From assembly GCA_030765405.1 (NCBI GenBank), contig JAVCCP010000079.1:1-33186 (forward strand): a DNA stretch of 33,186 nt, given 5' to 3'. A model generated the notes under the pieces. That model was not told the origin of the DNA. It saw only the letters and a program-made list of their open reading frames with translations, and ran no database searches. Position numbers and translations under genes: made by a program. Within the stretch, counting starts at the first letter, position 1. The number at the start of each line of letters is the position of its first letter. This DNA is from Candidatus Ancaeobacter aquaticus (GTDB lineage: Bacteria; Auribacterota; Ancaeobacteria; Ancaeobacterales; Ancaeobacteraceae). This document shows positions 7,102 to 17,949 of this stretch, piece after piece.

Positions 7102-8796
7102 TTACATTCGGCATGGCGCTTTTACCCCTAAGAGATGCAGTCCGTTTGCGATAACAATTCGTGCAGCGTCAATAAGCGTTAAACGCGCAAGTGTCAGTTC
7201 TTCATCATCCGATAACACTCTACATCGAGTATAAAACACATGCATCTTACTTGCAAGATCTTCTAAATAGAGTGGAATCCAATGCGACTCAAGCTTATCT
7301 GCGGCAATACCAACAATATCTTCGAACCTTCCAAGAAACTTCAATAAATCAAGCGCTTCAGGCTCATTCAATAATTCGAGACGCGCATTCTGCAGTAACT
7401 CTTTGGTGATATAAATACCTTTTTCTTCTCGTGCCTTTTTAAAAATACTTGATATACGTGCATGTGCATACTGCACATAATAAACAGGGTTATCAGAACT
7501 TTGTTTTTTTGCTAGTTCAAGATCAAAATCAAGGTGGCTGTCTGTCTTTCTCCTCACGAAAAAGTATCGCGCAGAATCTACACCGACTTCATCAATTACT
7601 TCACGCAAGGATATAAATTCTCCGGCACGTGTTGACATAGAAAGCCGCGTGTCGCCCTGAAACAATGTTGCAAGCTGCACAATAACAACGGTAAGTATAT
7701 TTTCGTCATAGCCTAACGCTGTTAAAGACGCTTTGAGACGCTGAATATATCCATGATGGTCAGGGCCCCATAAATTTATAAGCATCTCATACCCTCTTTT
7801 ACACTTATCATCGTGATAAGCAATATCAGGGGTAATATAGGTCATGTCACCGGTATTCTTTATAAGCACCCTATCTTTGTCATCGCCATATTGCGTTGAT
7901 CTAAACCATAAGGCGCCCTCGTCGGTATAGGTAAGCTTCTTTTCCCTTAACGTCTCTAACACTGCCTCGATTTTTGTGGTTTGGGCAAACTTTTTTTCAC
8001 TAAACCATGAGTCAAATCGCACATTAAACTCAGTGAGATCATGTTTGATATCTTCTAGTATTGTGTTTGAGGCATATTCCATAAAATAAGGAATAACATC
8101 TTCTTGTGTACTGTTAAGATACTTATTACCGTCTTTATCAATTATCGATTGAGCTATATCATAAATATATGCTCCTTTATATCCATCTTCCGGAAAAGAA
8201 TCCCCTTTACCAAGTTTTTCTTTATACCGTGCATACACAGAGAGTCCTAATATATGTATTTGTTTTCCTCTGTCATTGATTAAATATTCTCGTGTGACAT
8301 CATATCCTGCAAAAGAGAGGATGTGGCTTAGCGTATCACCGACAGCTGCCTGACGGCCATGCGCAACAGTCAGAGGACCAGTGGGATTTGCGCTGACAAA
8401 CTCAACCATGACCTTTTTACCCTTCCCAACATTGACACGTCCATAATCTTTTTCCTGTTCATGAATAGTTCTCAGCATTATGTGACATGCATGCTGAGTT
8501 AAGTAAAAATTGATAAACCCCGGTCCCGCGATCTTTATCTCTTGAACAGTATCCGAAAGTGCAGGGTCATTATCAAGCGCCTCTTTTATGCCGAGAGCAA
8601 TTTTGGGCGGTGCATTCTTAAACGTTCGGGCAAGCTGCAAAGCACAATTTGTTGATATATCACCAAATTGTTTGTCCGATGGTGTTTCTAACAGTATGTC
8701 GGGAAGTGTCTCTGGAGATATTCCAGAATCTGAACACATCTGATTCAGTGTATTTTTCAGCGAAGATATTATAATTTCTGTTATAACTTTATTCAT
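7102..8796 (-). CDS. argS: Arginine--tRNA ligase
   Basis: FGDISTNCA and IAGPGFINF N-domain, VEFVSANPTGPL, GPDHHGY, MSTRAG, NPVYYVQYAHARISSI (DALR). Confidence 0.98.
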   Translation of the reverse strand: MNKVITEIIISSLKNTLNQMCSDSGISPETLPDILLETPSDKQFGDISTNCALQLARTFKNAPPKIALGIKEALDNDPALSDTVQEIKIAGPGFINFYLTQHACHIMLRTIHEQEKDYGRVNVGKGKKVMVEFVSANPTGPLTVAHGRQAAVGDTLSHILSFAGYDVTREYLINDRGKQIHILGLSVYARYKEKLGKGDSFPEDGYKGAYIYDIAQSIIDKDGNKYLNSTQEDVIPYFMEYASNTILEDIKHDLTEFNVRFDSWFSEKKFAQTTKIEAVLETLREKKLTYTDEGALWFRSTQYGDDKDRVLIKNTGDMTYITPDIAYHDDKCKRGYEMLINLWGPDHHGYIQRLKASLTALGYDENILTVVIVQLATLFQGDTRLSMSTRAGEFISLREVIDEVGVDSARYFFVRRKTDSHLDFDLELAKKQSSDNPVYYVQYAHARISSIFKKAREEKGIYITKELLQNARLELLNEPEALDLLKFLGRFEDIVGIAADKLESHWIPLYLEDLASKMHVFYTRCRVLSDDEELTLARLTLIDAARIVIANGLHLLGVKAPCRM

Positions 8797-9163
8797 CTGT
8801 TACAGTTCCATATGTAATTTTCTGAGCATCTTCCCATAAACGTTCCAAATCATAATGCTGTCGAGCTTCAGGAGTAAATACATGTATAACAACATCAAAA
8901 TAATCTATAATCACCCACTTAGAGTCTGAAAGCCCTTCCATATGATAATAATGAATATTATGCTTTTTTTTGTTCGTGCAACCAATTTCTTCAGCAAGTG
9001 CTTTTACATGTTTATTATTCGATCCAGTAATAAAAACAAAATAATCAGCGACAGAGGAAATCTCTTTAATATCAAACAAAATGATATCGGTTCCCTTCTT
9101 TTCATCCGCAATCTTTGCACACATAAGAGCCAATTTTTTTGCATCAGTTTTTTTATTTTTAAT
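8789..9163 (-). CDS. rsfS: Ribosome silencing factor RsfS (start uncertain; ATT at 9163 proposed instead of the track's TTG at 9226)
   Basis: ADEKKGTDI, ADYFVFITG..NKHVKALAE, EG...KWVIIDYFDVVIHVF....RQHYDLERLW; canonical position after nadD. Confidence 0.93.
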   Translation of the reverse strand: MKNKKTDAKKLALMCAKIADEKKGTDIILFDIKEISSVADYFVFITGSNNKHVKALAEEIGCTNKKKHNIHYYHMEGLSDSKWVIIDYFDVVIHVFTPEARQHYDLERLWEDAQKITYGTVTDE

Positions 9164-9173
9164 AGCACACCCC

Positions 9174-9767
9174 CTACAAATACAAGCCTTTTTGCTTAAT
9201 ATATTTCTCAGCTTTCTCAGGCACAATGTATTTTATGTTTATATTATTTTTTATTCGCTTTCTGATATCTGACGATGATACAGCAATGGGAAAACCTTTT
9301 ATTGATCGAGAAAAATACTTTTTAAGCGTACCCATCCCAGCTAACGTTTCATTATACAGGCAACCGGGCCTTTCATAAGATATTATTTTACATAACTTAA
9401 CTATCTCTTGAGACTGATGCCACGAATGAAAGTCAGCCATACTATCAGTACCCATAAGAAAGAATAATTCATCGTTTTCAGAAATTATCTTTTTCATAGA
9501 TCTCAAAGTATCTACAGAATATGACGTTCCACCCCTGACAATCTCGATATCTGACAAGGTAAATGCATTATTTCCTTTTATCGAACACCGTATCATATGC
9601 ATACGGTCTTTCGGGTCAATAATATTTTTATTCCTCTTATGAGGCGGAATATAAGCCGGAATAAAAATCACTTTACCCAGTCTATACTGTTCCAGGGCCA
9701 TCTGCGCAATATATAAATGACCATTATGAATAGGATTAAAGGTTCCCCCAAACAAACATATTTTCAT
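9174..9767 (-). CDS. nadD: Nicotinate-nucleotide adenylyltransferase
   Basis: GGTFNPIHNGH (HxGH), PPHK, SYSVDTL, MGTDS, VSSSDIR. Confidence 0.97.
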   Translation of the reverse strand: MKICLFGGTFNPIHNGHLYIAQMALEQYRLGKVIFIPAYIPPHKRNKNIIDPKDRMHMIRCSIKGNNAFTLSDIEIVRGGTSYSVDTLRSMKKIISENDELFFLMGTDSMADFHSWHQSQEIVKLCKIISYERPGCLYNETLAGMGTLKKYFSRSIKGFPIAVSSSDIRKRIKNNINIKYIVPEKAEKYIKQKGLYL

Positions 9768-9819
9768 TTTTTATATCCGGCAAATATAATCTCTCACGAC
9801 TTTTTATTCGTGACACGCA

Positions 9820-11076
9820 CTACGATCTTATTTGCCCGTTTCCCATTACAAGATATTTGTATGTTGTGAGCTCATTGAGGCCCATTGGACCGCGAGCATG
9901 TATTTTATCTGTGCTGATACCGATCTCCGCACCAAAACCAAATTGACCACCGTCATTAAAACGGGTAGACGCATTATGGAATACTGCCGAAGAATCGACC
10001 TTGGATAAAAATTCTTGTGCCGCCTTCTTGTTTTTAGTAACAATAGTATCAGAGTGTTTTGAACCGTGCGTATTAATATGAGCTATAGCATCGTTAATGT
10101 TATTAACAATACCGACAGACAATATTAAATCTAAATATTCCGTATCCCAATCTTTCGCCGTTACCGGCTTAACACCCTTAACGACTTTTCTCACACGCAT
10201 GTCACCTCTAATCTCAACATCTTTTTCTCTCAAAGCATCAGCAATAACCTGTAAACATTTTTGCGCAATATCTTTATGCACAAGTACAGTTTCTATCGCA
10301 TTACACACTCCCGGACGCTGTGTCTTTGCGTTTACTATTATATTTTTTGCCATCGTGATATCCGCATTTTTATCAACATACACATGACAAATACCATTAT
10401 AGTGTTTTATGACAGGTATTGTAGAGTTCTCAGTGACAAATCGAATAAGCCCTTCTCCACCTCTAGGGATAACCAGATCTATACTTTCGTTTTGCACCAA
10501 AAGCGGCTTCATTAATGCCCTATCAGTATATTTTATTAGCTGTATAGTGTCAGTAGGCAATCCTGCTTTCTTACATGATGCGGAAAGAATATCGGCTATC
10601 ATCATATTTGAATGTATAGCTTCAGATCCGCCACGTAAAATAACAACATTTCCCGACTTCACGCACAATGCGCTCGAGTCTGCAGTAACATTAGGACGTG
10701 ATTCATAAATAATGGCAATAACTCCTATAGGAACTTTCACCTTTTGTATTAATAACCCATGAGGCGTCTTCCACTGGTTGATACACTGCCCAACAGGGTC
10801 TTTTAGGCACGCTATTTGTCTTAACCCATCGCACATGTCATTAATTCTTTGATCGGTTAATGTAAGTCTGTCTAAAAGTGCTTCAGATAACTTTTTCTTA
10901 CGTCCACTAATCAGATCTTTCTCATTTGCACGTTGAATATGCTTTTTATTCTTACTAATATCCTCTGCCATTTGTTTTAGGGCTTTATTTTTCTTTGCAG
11001 TTGATATAACGGCTAATTCTAATGCCGCTTTTCGTGCACGCGAAGCAACAGATATAATATATTTTTCATAGTTCAT
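9820..11076 (-). CDS. proA: Glutamate-5-semialdehyde dehydrogenase
   Basis: PIGVIAIIYESRPNVT, LRGGSEAIHSN, IPRGGEGLI, GVCNAIET, NASTRFNDGGQFGFGAEIGISTDKIHARGPMGL. Confidence 0.98.
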   Translation of the reverse strand: MNYEKYIISVASRARKAALELAVISTAKKNKALKQMAEDISKNKKHIQRANEKDLISGRKKKLSEALLDRLTLTDQRINDMCDGLRQIACLKDPVGQCINQWKTPHGLLIQKVKVPIGVIAIIYESRPNVTADSSALCVKSGNVVILRGGSEAIHSNMMIADILSASCKKAGLPTDTIQLIKYTDRALMKPLLVQNESIDLVIPRGGEGLIRFVTENSTIPVIKHYNGICHVYVDKNADITMAKNIIVNAKTQRPGVCNAIETVLVHKDIAQKCLQVIADALREKDVEIRGDMRVRKVVKGVKPVTAKDWDTEYLDLILSVGIVNNINDAIAHINTHGSKHSDTIVTKNKKAAQEFLSKVDSSAVFHNASTRFNDGGQFGFGAEIGISTDKIHARGPMGLNELTTYKYLVMGNGQIRS

Positions 11077-11143
11077 GTTATCGTCCCTAGTTCACACCCA
11101 TGAAATTTATTTATAAATTTCTCTGAGTATAGTCCCCTTGGGG

Positions 11144-11320
11144 ATCGTTCATGGTTCATAGTTTATTGAAGACCTTAGATCTCGTTTTTTTTGTTTTTTC
11201 TTTGTTTTTAGTCTCTGGTATAAAATATTAGGTATTGTTTTTTTATTTATTATTTTGTCTTATAGCATATAACTTACAGCTTACAGCAGGACCAGTCTGT
11301 GGTCTCTTGTCTCTGGTCTC
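11144..11320. repeat. Degenerate heptanucleotide tandem tracts (three families) in the proB-proA spacer
   Basis: ATCGTTC ATGGTTC ATAGTTT (11144-11164); TAGTCTC TGGTATA (11209-11222); TTATAGC ATATAAC TTACAGC TTACAGC (11260-11287); CAGTCTG TGGTCTC TTGTCTC TGGTCTC (11293-11320). Confidence 0.7.
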
Positions 11321-12465
11321 TATAAAAGTACGAGATGATTTCTATGAATCACCTCGTCATGTTCTTTTTTCCCTAGCACCTTTTCAATATCTTTTGTTTT
11401 CAGTTTCTTTATTTTCTGCACTTCGCTAACAGAATAATAAGATATCCCTCGCCCCATTTCTTCTCCCTGCGTATTGAGAACGCTCACCGTATCGCCTTTT
11501 AGGAAATCACCATCGCAATCAATAATTCCAGACGCTAAAAGTGACTTTCCGCCACCCTTAAGCGCATGTTCAGCGCCTTCATCAATAGTAATAGTTCCCG
11601 CAGGTGTTACAAAAAAAGCAATCCAGCGTTTTCTTCCTGCCATTTTGCCTTTCTTGGGAAGAAATATTGTTCCGAGATCTTTACCTTCAAATAAATCTAT
11701 TAATATATTATTTTGCAGACCATTAACAATAACAGCCGCTTCACCCGCGCGATTGACATTCTTTATCGCTTTGAGTTTGCTCTTCATACCGCCGGTACCG
11801 AGTTGTGATTTTTTCACGTGACAGAGCTCTTCGACCTTCTGATCAACGCTTTCCACGATTGAAACAACATGACCATTACGGACATCTCCTGTTTGAGAAC
11901 AATCTATCAACCCATCGACATTTGTAAGCATAACAAGCATTTGGGCCTTAATGAGATTAGTAACAAGAGCCGATAGATAATCATTATCCCCAAATTTAAT
12001 CTCATCAGTGCTCACCGTATCATTTTCATTTACTATAGGAATCACATTCAGGGTAAGAAGATTACATATCGTGTTACGTATATTTATATGCCTGGTACGC
12101 ACCTTCAGATCATCATTAATAAGGAGTATTTGTGCTGTATTTTCCCCTAGCTCTTTAAAATAGTGATGATATTCACGCATTAACGCGCATTGCCCGACAG
12201 ACGCCACTGCTTGAAGCTGCGGCAAAGACTTTGGACGTGATTTTATTTTCAATTCTCCCATACCTGCACCAATAGCAGCTGATGATACAAGCACCACTTC
12301 ATACCCGCGCTTCTTTAAGTCAACAACCTGCTGTGCAATATGAGCTATTTGCTTTTTATCAATCAAGCCTTTACTGTCAGTTAACACATTAGTCCCTATT
12401 TTCACGACTATGCGCTTAACCTTACGTAAAATATCTTCTCTAAATTTTTGATTTAATTCATGCAT
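11320..12465 (-). CDS. proB: Glutamate 5-kinase with C-terminal PUA domain
   Basis: VVKIGTNVL, VSSAAIGAG, IPIVNENDTV, FGDNDYLSALV, GTGGMKSK, PUA domain (SLLASGI...GDTV). Confidence 0.98.
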   Translation of the reverse strand: MHELNQKFREDILRKVKRIVVKIGTNVLTDSKGLIDKKQIAHIAQQVVDLKKRGYEVVLVSSAAIGAGMGELKIKSRPKSLPQLQAVASVGQCALMREYHHYFKELGENTAQILLINDDLKVRTRHINIRNTICNLLTLNVIPIVNENDTVSTDEIKFGDNDYLSALVTNLIKAQMLVMLTNVDGLIDCSQTGDVRNGHVVSIVESVDQKVEELCHVKKSQLGTGGMKSKLKAIKNVNRAGEAAVIVNGLQNNILIDLFEGKDLGTIFLPKKGKMAGRKRWIAFFVTPAGTITIDEGAEHALKGGGKSLLASGIIDCDGDFLKGDTVSVLNTQGEEMGRGISYYSVSEVQKIKKLKTKDIEKVLGKKEHDEVIHRNHLVLL

Positions 12466-12492
12466 TGAAACAGTACCTTTTTTATTTATTTC

Positions 12493-13509
<1,017 letters not shown>

Positions 13510-13547
13510 TTAGTAGATCATTTGCATTAACTATAAAATCTTCGGAA

Positions 13548-13590
13548 ATAAAAAAGGATTCTGAGTAAACGCTCCATTCAGAATCCTTTT
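13548..13590 (-). terminator. Intrinsic terminator between rpmA and obgE
   Basis: Perfect 13-bp stem AAAAGGATTCTGA / TCAGAATCCTTTT with a 13-nt loop and a U-run on the minus strand. Confidence 0.85.
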
Positions 13591-13614
13591 CATATTTTAT
13601 TATGATAACAGGTA

Positions 13615-13875
13615 CTATGCCTGTACGGGTTGTACGCTTATTTTCTGCCGTACAGATTTATGCCCGTCAAATGATACAATTCCGTCGATCAGAGAAAAGA
13701 TTGTCCAATCTCTTCCAACACCAACGTTTTTCCCCGGCTTAAATCTCGACCCTCGTTGCCGAACAATAATACTGCCTGCACTCACATACTGTCCACCATA
13801 TGCTTTAACGCCTAAACGCTGTGCATTACTGTCTCGACCATTCCTTGATGTACCTTGTCCCTTTTTATGCGCCAT
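13615..13875 (-). CDS. rpmA: 50S ribosomal protein bL27
   Basis: [24 protein letters not shown]...GSIIVRQRG. Confidence 0.99.
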   Translation of the reverse strand: MAHKKGQGTSRNGRDSNAQRLGVKAYGGQYVSAGSIIVRQRGSRFKPGKNVGVGRDWTIFSLIDGIVSFDGHKSVRQKISVQPVQA

Positions 13876-13887
13876 TATATCACCTCG

Positions 13888-14223
13888 TTATACTTCTTTT
13901 TTTTGTGTTCCTTCAGTACTAATCTTTTGAATTTTAACCTCGGTAATTTGTTGTCTATGTCCAATTTTCTTTGAAGAATCTTTTCTTCTTTTATACTTAT
14001 AGGCGATCAACTTTTTACCTTTTGTTTGCACAACTAATTCGCCGACAACAACAGCGTTTTCAATAAAAGGTTTTCCGACAACAACTTTTTTATCATCGGC
14101 TATAAGAAGTACTTCTTCAAAATTAATTGTATCTCCAGGATTTCCGTCAAGTTTCTCAACGGTAACAACATCCCCTTTAGTAACTTTATACTGTTTACCA
14201 CCAGATTTAACAACCGCAAACAT
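13888..14223 (-). CDS. rplU: 50S ribosomal protein bL21 (start placed at ATG 14223)
   Basis: [14 protein letters not shown]...[18 protein letters not shown] just upstream of 14223. Confidence 0.98.
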   Translation of the reverse strand: MFAVVKSGGKQYKVTKGDVVTVEKLDGNPGDTINFEEVLLIADDKKVVVGKPFIENAVVVGELVVQTKGKKLIAYKYKRRKDSSKKIGHRQQITEVKIQKISTEGTQKKEV

Positions 14224-14423
14224 AATATCCTCCAAAAAATGATTGTTTACACAAAGAATAGGAGTTAATATAAAACACTATTATCACTTTTTTGTCAACA
14301 ATATTTTAAGCCTTATTAGGTAAAGGCCGCTATATTCTACACAAGCATCGTTATGATATTAGGTTATAATTATAAATAAAGGAGCTAAAAGTAGCCATTA
14401 GATGCCGCTAACCATGGGTACTA

Positions 14424-15548
14424 ATGCGTTATTGTAAATTTATGGAACCAATTGCTCTATACATACATATACCGTTTTGCATAAAAAAATGTACCTATTG
14501 TGACTTTTGTTCTATCCCTGTTCCATCCAAAACAATAATCAATAACTATATAAATGGCGTAATTAGAGAAATTAAGAGCTATTATCCACATATAAAGCAG
14601 TATAAAATCGATACCGTCTATTTTGGCGGTGGGACACCCTCTTCAATTAACCCATCACATATTAATCGTATCCTAAAAGCAATTCGTGAATCAAAACAAT
14701 TAGAAGATCATGCGGAAATAACACTCGAGGTAAACCCAGGAACTGTTTCAAAATCAAATTTAGAGACCTATAGATCACTAGGTATAAATAGATTAAGCAT
14801 AGGAGCCCAAAGCTTTATCGATAATGAGCTTGCTCTTCTCGGCCGCATACACACTGTTGATGACATTCACAAGGCATATACATGGTCAAGATCTGCCGGT
14901 TTTAACAATATCAGTTTGGACCTCATATATGGACTTCCCGGTCAAAAGATGCATTCTCTTACTTATTCACTAGAGGAAATAATTGCATTATCGCCCGAGC
15001 ATATATCTACCTATAGCCTGACGATCGAAAAAAGCACCCCCATATTCAAACAGGTTCTTTCGGGATCTATCCCGGACATAAACAATACACTACAAGCTAA
15101 AATGTTTACCGCTATAATGAATAGACTAAAAAAATCAAGCTATACTCACTATGAGATATCCAACTTTTCTGCACGAGGTTTTCATTCAATACATAACACA
15201 GGGTACTGGACAGGAAAAGAGTATATTGGCGTAGGTGTTGGGGCTCATTCAAACATTAATCATATACGCTATAACAATAGCAAGAATATTGCCACCTATG
15301 TAGCACATGCTCGCAAAAGAAAAGAACCTACTCTTTCCGAAACAAAACAATTCTGGGAAAAAATCATACTTGGATTAAGGATAATACATGGAATACAAAT
15401 AGACAATATCCCTGCCACATGCCACACATATGAGCAAAAAATTGCGTCTCTGGTAAAAAAGAAGCTCATTACATGTGAAAATAATAAGCTCAGACTAACA
15501 AAAAAAGGGATATTGTTTTACGACGAAATTGCTGTAACCTTGATATGA
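14424..15548 (+). CDS. hemW: Radical SAM family heme chaperone HemW (HemN-like)
   Basis: YIHIPFCIKKCTYCDF (CxxxCxxC), GGGTPS, EVNP, NRLSIGAQSF, DLIYGLPGQ, HYEISNF, HNTGYW. The start could be ATG 14442. Confidence 0.93.
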   Translation: MRYCKFMEPIALYIHIPFCIKKCTYCDFCSIPVPSKTIINNYINGVIREIKSYYPHIKQYKIDTVYFGGGTPSSINPSHINRILKAIRESKQLEDHAEITLEVNPGTVSKSNLETYRSLGINRLSIGAQSFIDNELALLGRIHTVDDIHKAYTWSRSAGFNNISLDLIYGLPGQKMHSLTYSLEEIIALSPEHISTYSLTIEKSTPIFKQVLSGSIPDINNTLQAKMFTAIMNRLKKSSYTHYEISNFSARGFHSIHNTGYWTGKEYIGVGVGAHSNINHIRYNNSKNIATYVAHARKRKEPTLSETKQFWEKIILGLRIIHGIQIDNIPATCHTYEQKIASLVKKKLITCENNKLRLTKKGILFYDEIAVTLI

Positions 15549-15568
15549 CATATTCTTGCAGAGTATTC

Positions 15569-17725
15569 TTACTCTTTTTCCATCAGAAGGTTTGGCGCGT
15601 ACGTCACCTCACCGCCGGCGACCTTTAAACGCACATATTTTGTTTTATATCCTTTTGCTTTAATCTCGAACACTGCATAGCCAGACTTGGTAGGATCGCT
15701 AACATTTCCTTCAAAGAAAATAACTCCTGATACAATATTTGAACTCACTCTATACACATATGCATTTTCTGTCTTTAGCGCTTCATTTTTAGGAGATTTT
15801 GCTATGGCATGTATATTGATTTTTGGGAGTTCGTATCGTTCATCCTTCGTATAATAGATTTCTGCTCCAGTCCTGAAACACATGCTTGGATTCTTTACAT
15901 AATCAATATATTCTGGATACACACGAGCAATTACTAAAAAGTTTTTTACGGTATATTGCGCAGGATCTTTTTGCGGTATAAGATTATCGGTAAGATATGA
16001 TACAACATACTTATACTGTTGTTGGTTACGGTTTGTAACTTCTGTCATTTGATGGTGTCCGACGTTCACCTGTCTTACTTGTGCTTTTTTATATCCAATA
16101 TCTTCTTTTCCGTCTCCATCATCCAGATAAATATGATTCAGATTTGCGCTATAGCATTTAACTAAACCATCGTCCTCAGGCTTTTTAAATGGATTCATTG
16201 TGTTAAAAGGATTACCGATTACTGTAAGTACTTTTACATTCATGCTGTCCAATTTATCACGCTCCTGTTCAGTATATTTCTGTTGATCTTCAACACTGAG
16301 AAAATTGACCAGATACTGCGGATCTAGCGGCCGCTCAAGATCAAGTCTTTTAAAGGACGTGAGATTCACCGAGCTGCCGATTTGATTTTCCATTACCTGC
16401 ACATCCCCTACAACTGGCACTCCTGATCGAAATAGTGGCAAATTTCGCTGATACAGCGGTGGCTCCTTTTTAAACCAATCGGTCATAATATTTGCCATCT
16501 CACTTCCAGATAAGGATGGCGCAACACCGATAAACCTTTTTAATGGCCTTTTATATTGGCCACTCAAATACCCCTCTATGAGCTTTAGCGTTCTATCATG
16601 CTGACTCATATCGAGGAGACCTTTTTCATCATCATCAAGATATTTAACAAGAAACTTTAATGTTGTGACACCGCCAAAACTATGTGCGACAACATTAACT
16701 GCGTCTACTTCTTCAATTCTCAATATGTCTTTAACAAAACCAGTAAATTCTCTTCTAAACCCTTCCACACTTTTTTCATCTTCTACCGTGTCGTAGCGAA
16801 AAACATACACCTTAAAATATCTATCTAGTGATGGATTAGCAATATCTTCTCGCGATAAAAGTTCAGGGAATTTTTTCCAGTTATGGCGGTCCGCGCCTAA
16901 GCCATGAATAAAAATTACCACTTCCTTGTTGCGACCTGCTTTTTTACGAAGCTCGGCATACTTTTCCTCTTCTTTAAGGATTTCATAATAATCATCGAAA
17001 TCATCGGCGAGATAAAAAGCGTTTACCGCACAGCACCAGGCAAGGTTATTATATCTACAATCTTTTTTTAAACGATCAAAGGTAAATTCAGCACGGTCTT
17101 CAGTAAAATCCTCATCAGGATGATCGGGTGTCTCTAAGATTTTTCTATATTCTCTGTCACGTTCCTCCCATTCTTTTTTATAATGTTCGAGACGTGATTT
17201 TGAAAAGAGATACTTATTATAGTAGCGATACCACGTATAGGGTTTTCCTATATAGTACTTATGCACCTGTGCAAAAAGATTTTTTAGTTTTGCAAGATTA
17301 GCTTCAGAGGGACGTTTATAATAGTCGTTTGCAGCAGTTCCCGGGGTAAGAATATCGAATAACTGCTTTTTTAGTTCATTTCGTTCGATGTAGAGTTCAT
17401 TAAAGAATATTTCATACGGATACTTTGTTATCTCGCACATCGTCTTTTCTTCCGCAGAGAAAAAGCCGCCTTTTCGATTTGCAGTCGTTCGACACTTATC
17501 CTGAAGCACCAGATAAGCGTCTTCCAACCTATCTTTTGTGTATGGATCATCTATTGCATTTTCCCACATCTCGATCGTTGCATCCAGATTAGATCTCATC
17601 TCTTTGATCTGCTCGAGCTCTGCCTTTTGAGTTTGCTGATCACTCTTGGAAGGAAAATGAACGCAGCCTTGAAATAAGACTGCCACGATTATTACGGTTA
17701 AAATAATATGAATTTTTCTGAACAT
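15569..17725 (-). CDS. Lipoprotein with N-terminal helical region and PGAP1/DUF676-like alpha/beta-hydrolase domain (718 aa)
   Basis: Lipobox LFQGC, oxyanion motif IFIHGLG, nucleophile elbow VAHSFGG, candidate Asp in EDDGLV and His in NVGHHQM. Confidence 0.8.
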   Translation of the reverse strand: MFRKIHIILTVIIVAVLFQGCVHFPSKSDQQTQKAELEQIKEMRSNLDATIEMWENAIDDPYTKDRLEDAYLVLQDKCRTTANRKGGFFSAEEKTMCEITKYPYEIFFNELYIERNELKKQLFDILTPGTAANDYYKRPSEANLAKLKNLFAQVHKYYIGKPYTWYRYYNKYLFSKSRLEHYKKEWEERDREYRKILETPDHPDEDFTEDRAEFTFDRLKKDCRYNNLAWCCAVNAFYLADDFDDYYEILKEEEKYAELRKKAGRNKEVVIFIHGLGADRHNWKKFPELLSREDIANPSLDRYFKVYVFRYDTVEDEKSVEGFRREFTGFVKDILRIEEVDAVNVVAHSFGGVTTLKFLVKYLDDDEKGLLDMSQHDRTLKLIEGYLSGQYKRPLKRFIGVAPSLSGSEMANIMTDWFKKEPPLYQRNLPLFRSGVPVVGDVQVMENQIGSSVNLTSFKRLDLERPLDPQYLVNFLSVEDQQKYTEQERDKLDSMNVKVLTVIGNPFNTMNPFKKPEDDGLVKCYSANLNHIYLDDGDGKEDIGYKKAQVRQVNVGHHQMTEVTNRNQQQYKYVVSYLTDNLIPQKDPAQYTVKNFLVIARVYPEYIDYVKNPSMCFRTGAEIYYTKDERYELPKINIHAIAKSPKNEALKTENAYVYRVSSNIVSGVIFFEGNVSDPTKSGYAVFEIKAKGYKTKYVRLKVAGGEVTYAPNLLMEKE

Positions 17726-17949
17726 ATGTTTACCCTATTTAATGGACAAAATTATACTTCATATTATCCTCTTTGAATAGTGATAAATAATTTTTATCGT
17801 GAGACTGCCACGGTGTTATATAATTAATTGTGTAAAGAAGAGATGCTAGGTGAAATCACCGCGAAGGTGGCACAAAGTGACTCCTACGCGGTGGGAATAT
17901 GGGTAAATCGTATTTTTTTAGGATAAAGACCTACGGGAACCTATTTGTA

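Noticed and set aside
9164..9226. Track start (TTG 9226) for rsfS
   Set aside because: It overlaps nadD by 53 bp, lacks an SD and adds a non-RsfS N-terminus.
17845..17900. Resemblance of GGTGAAATCACCGCGAAGGTGGCACAAAG to a c-di-GMP-I (GEMM) riboswitch 5' half
   Set aside because: The tetraloop closure is off by one base, the second hairpin and receptor are absent, and it is on the + strand with no downstream + strand gene.
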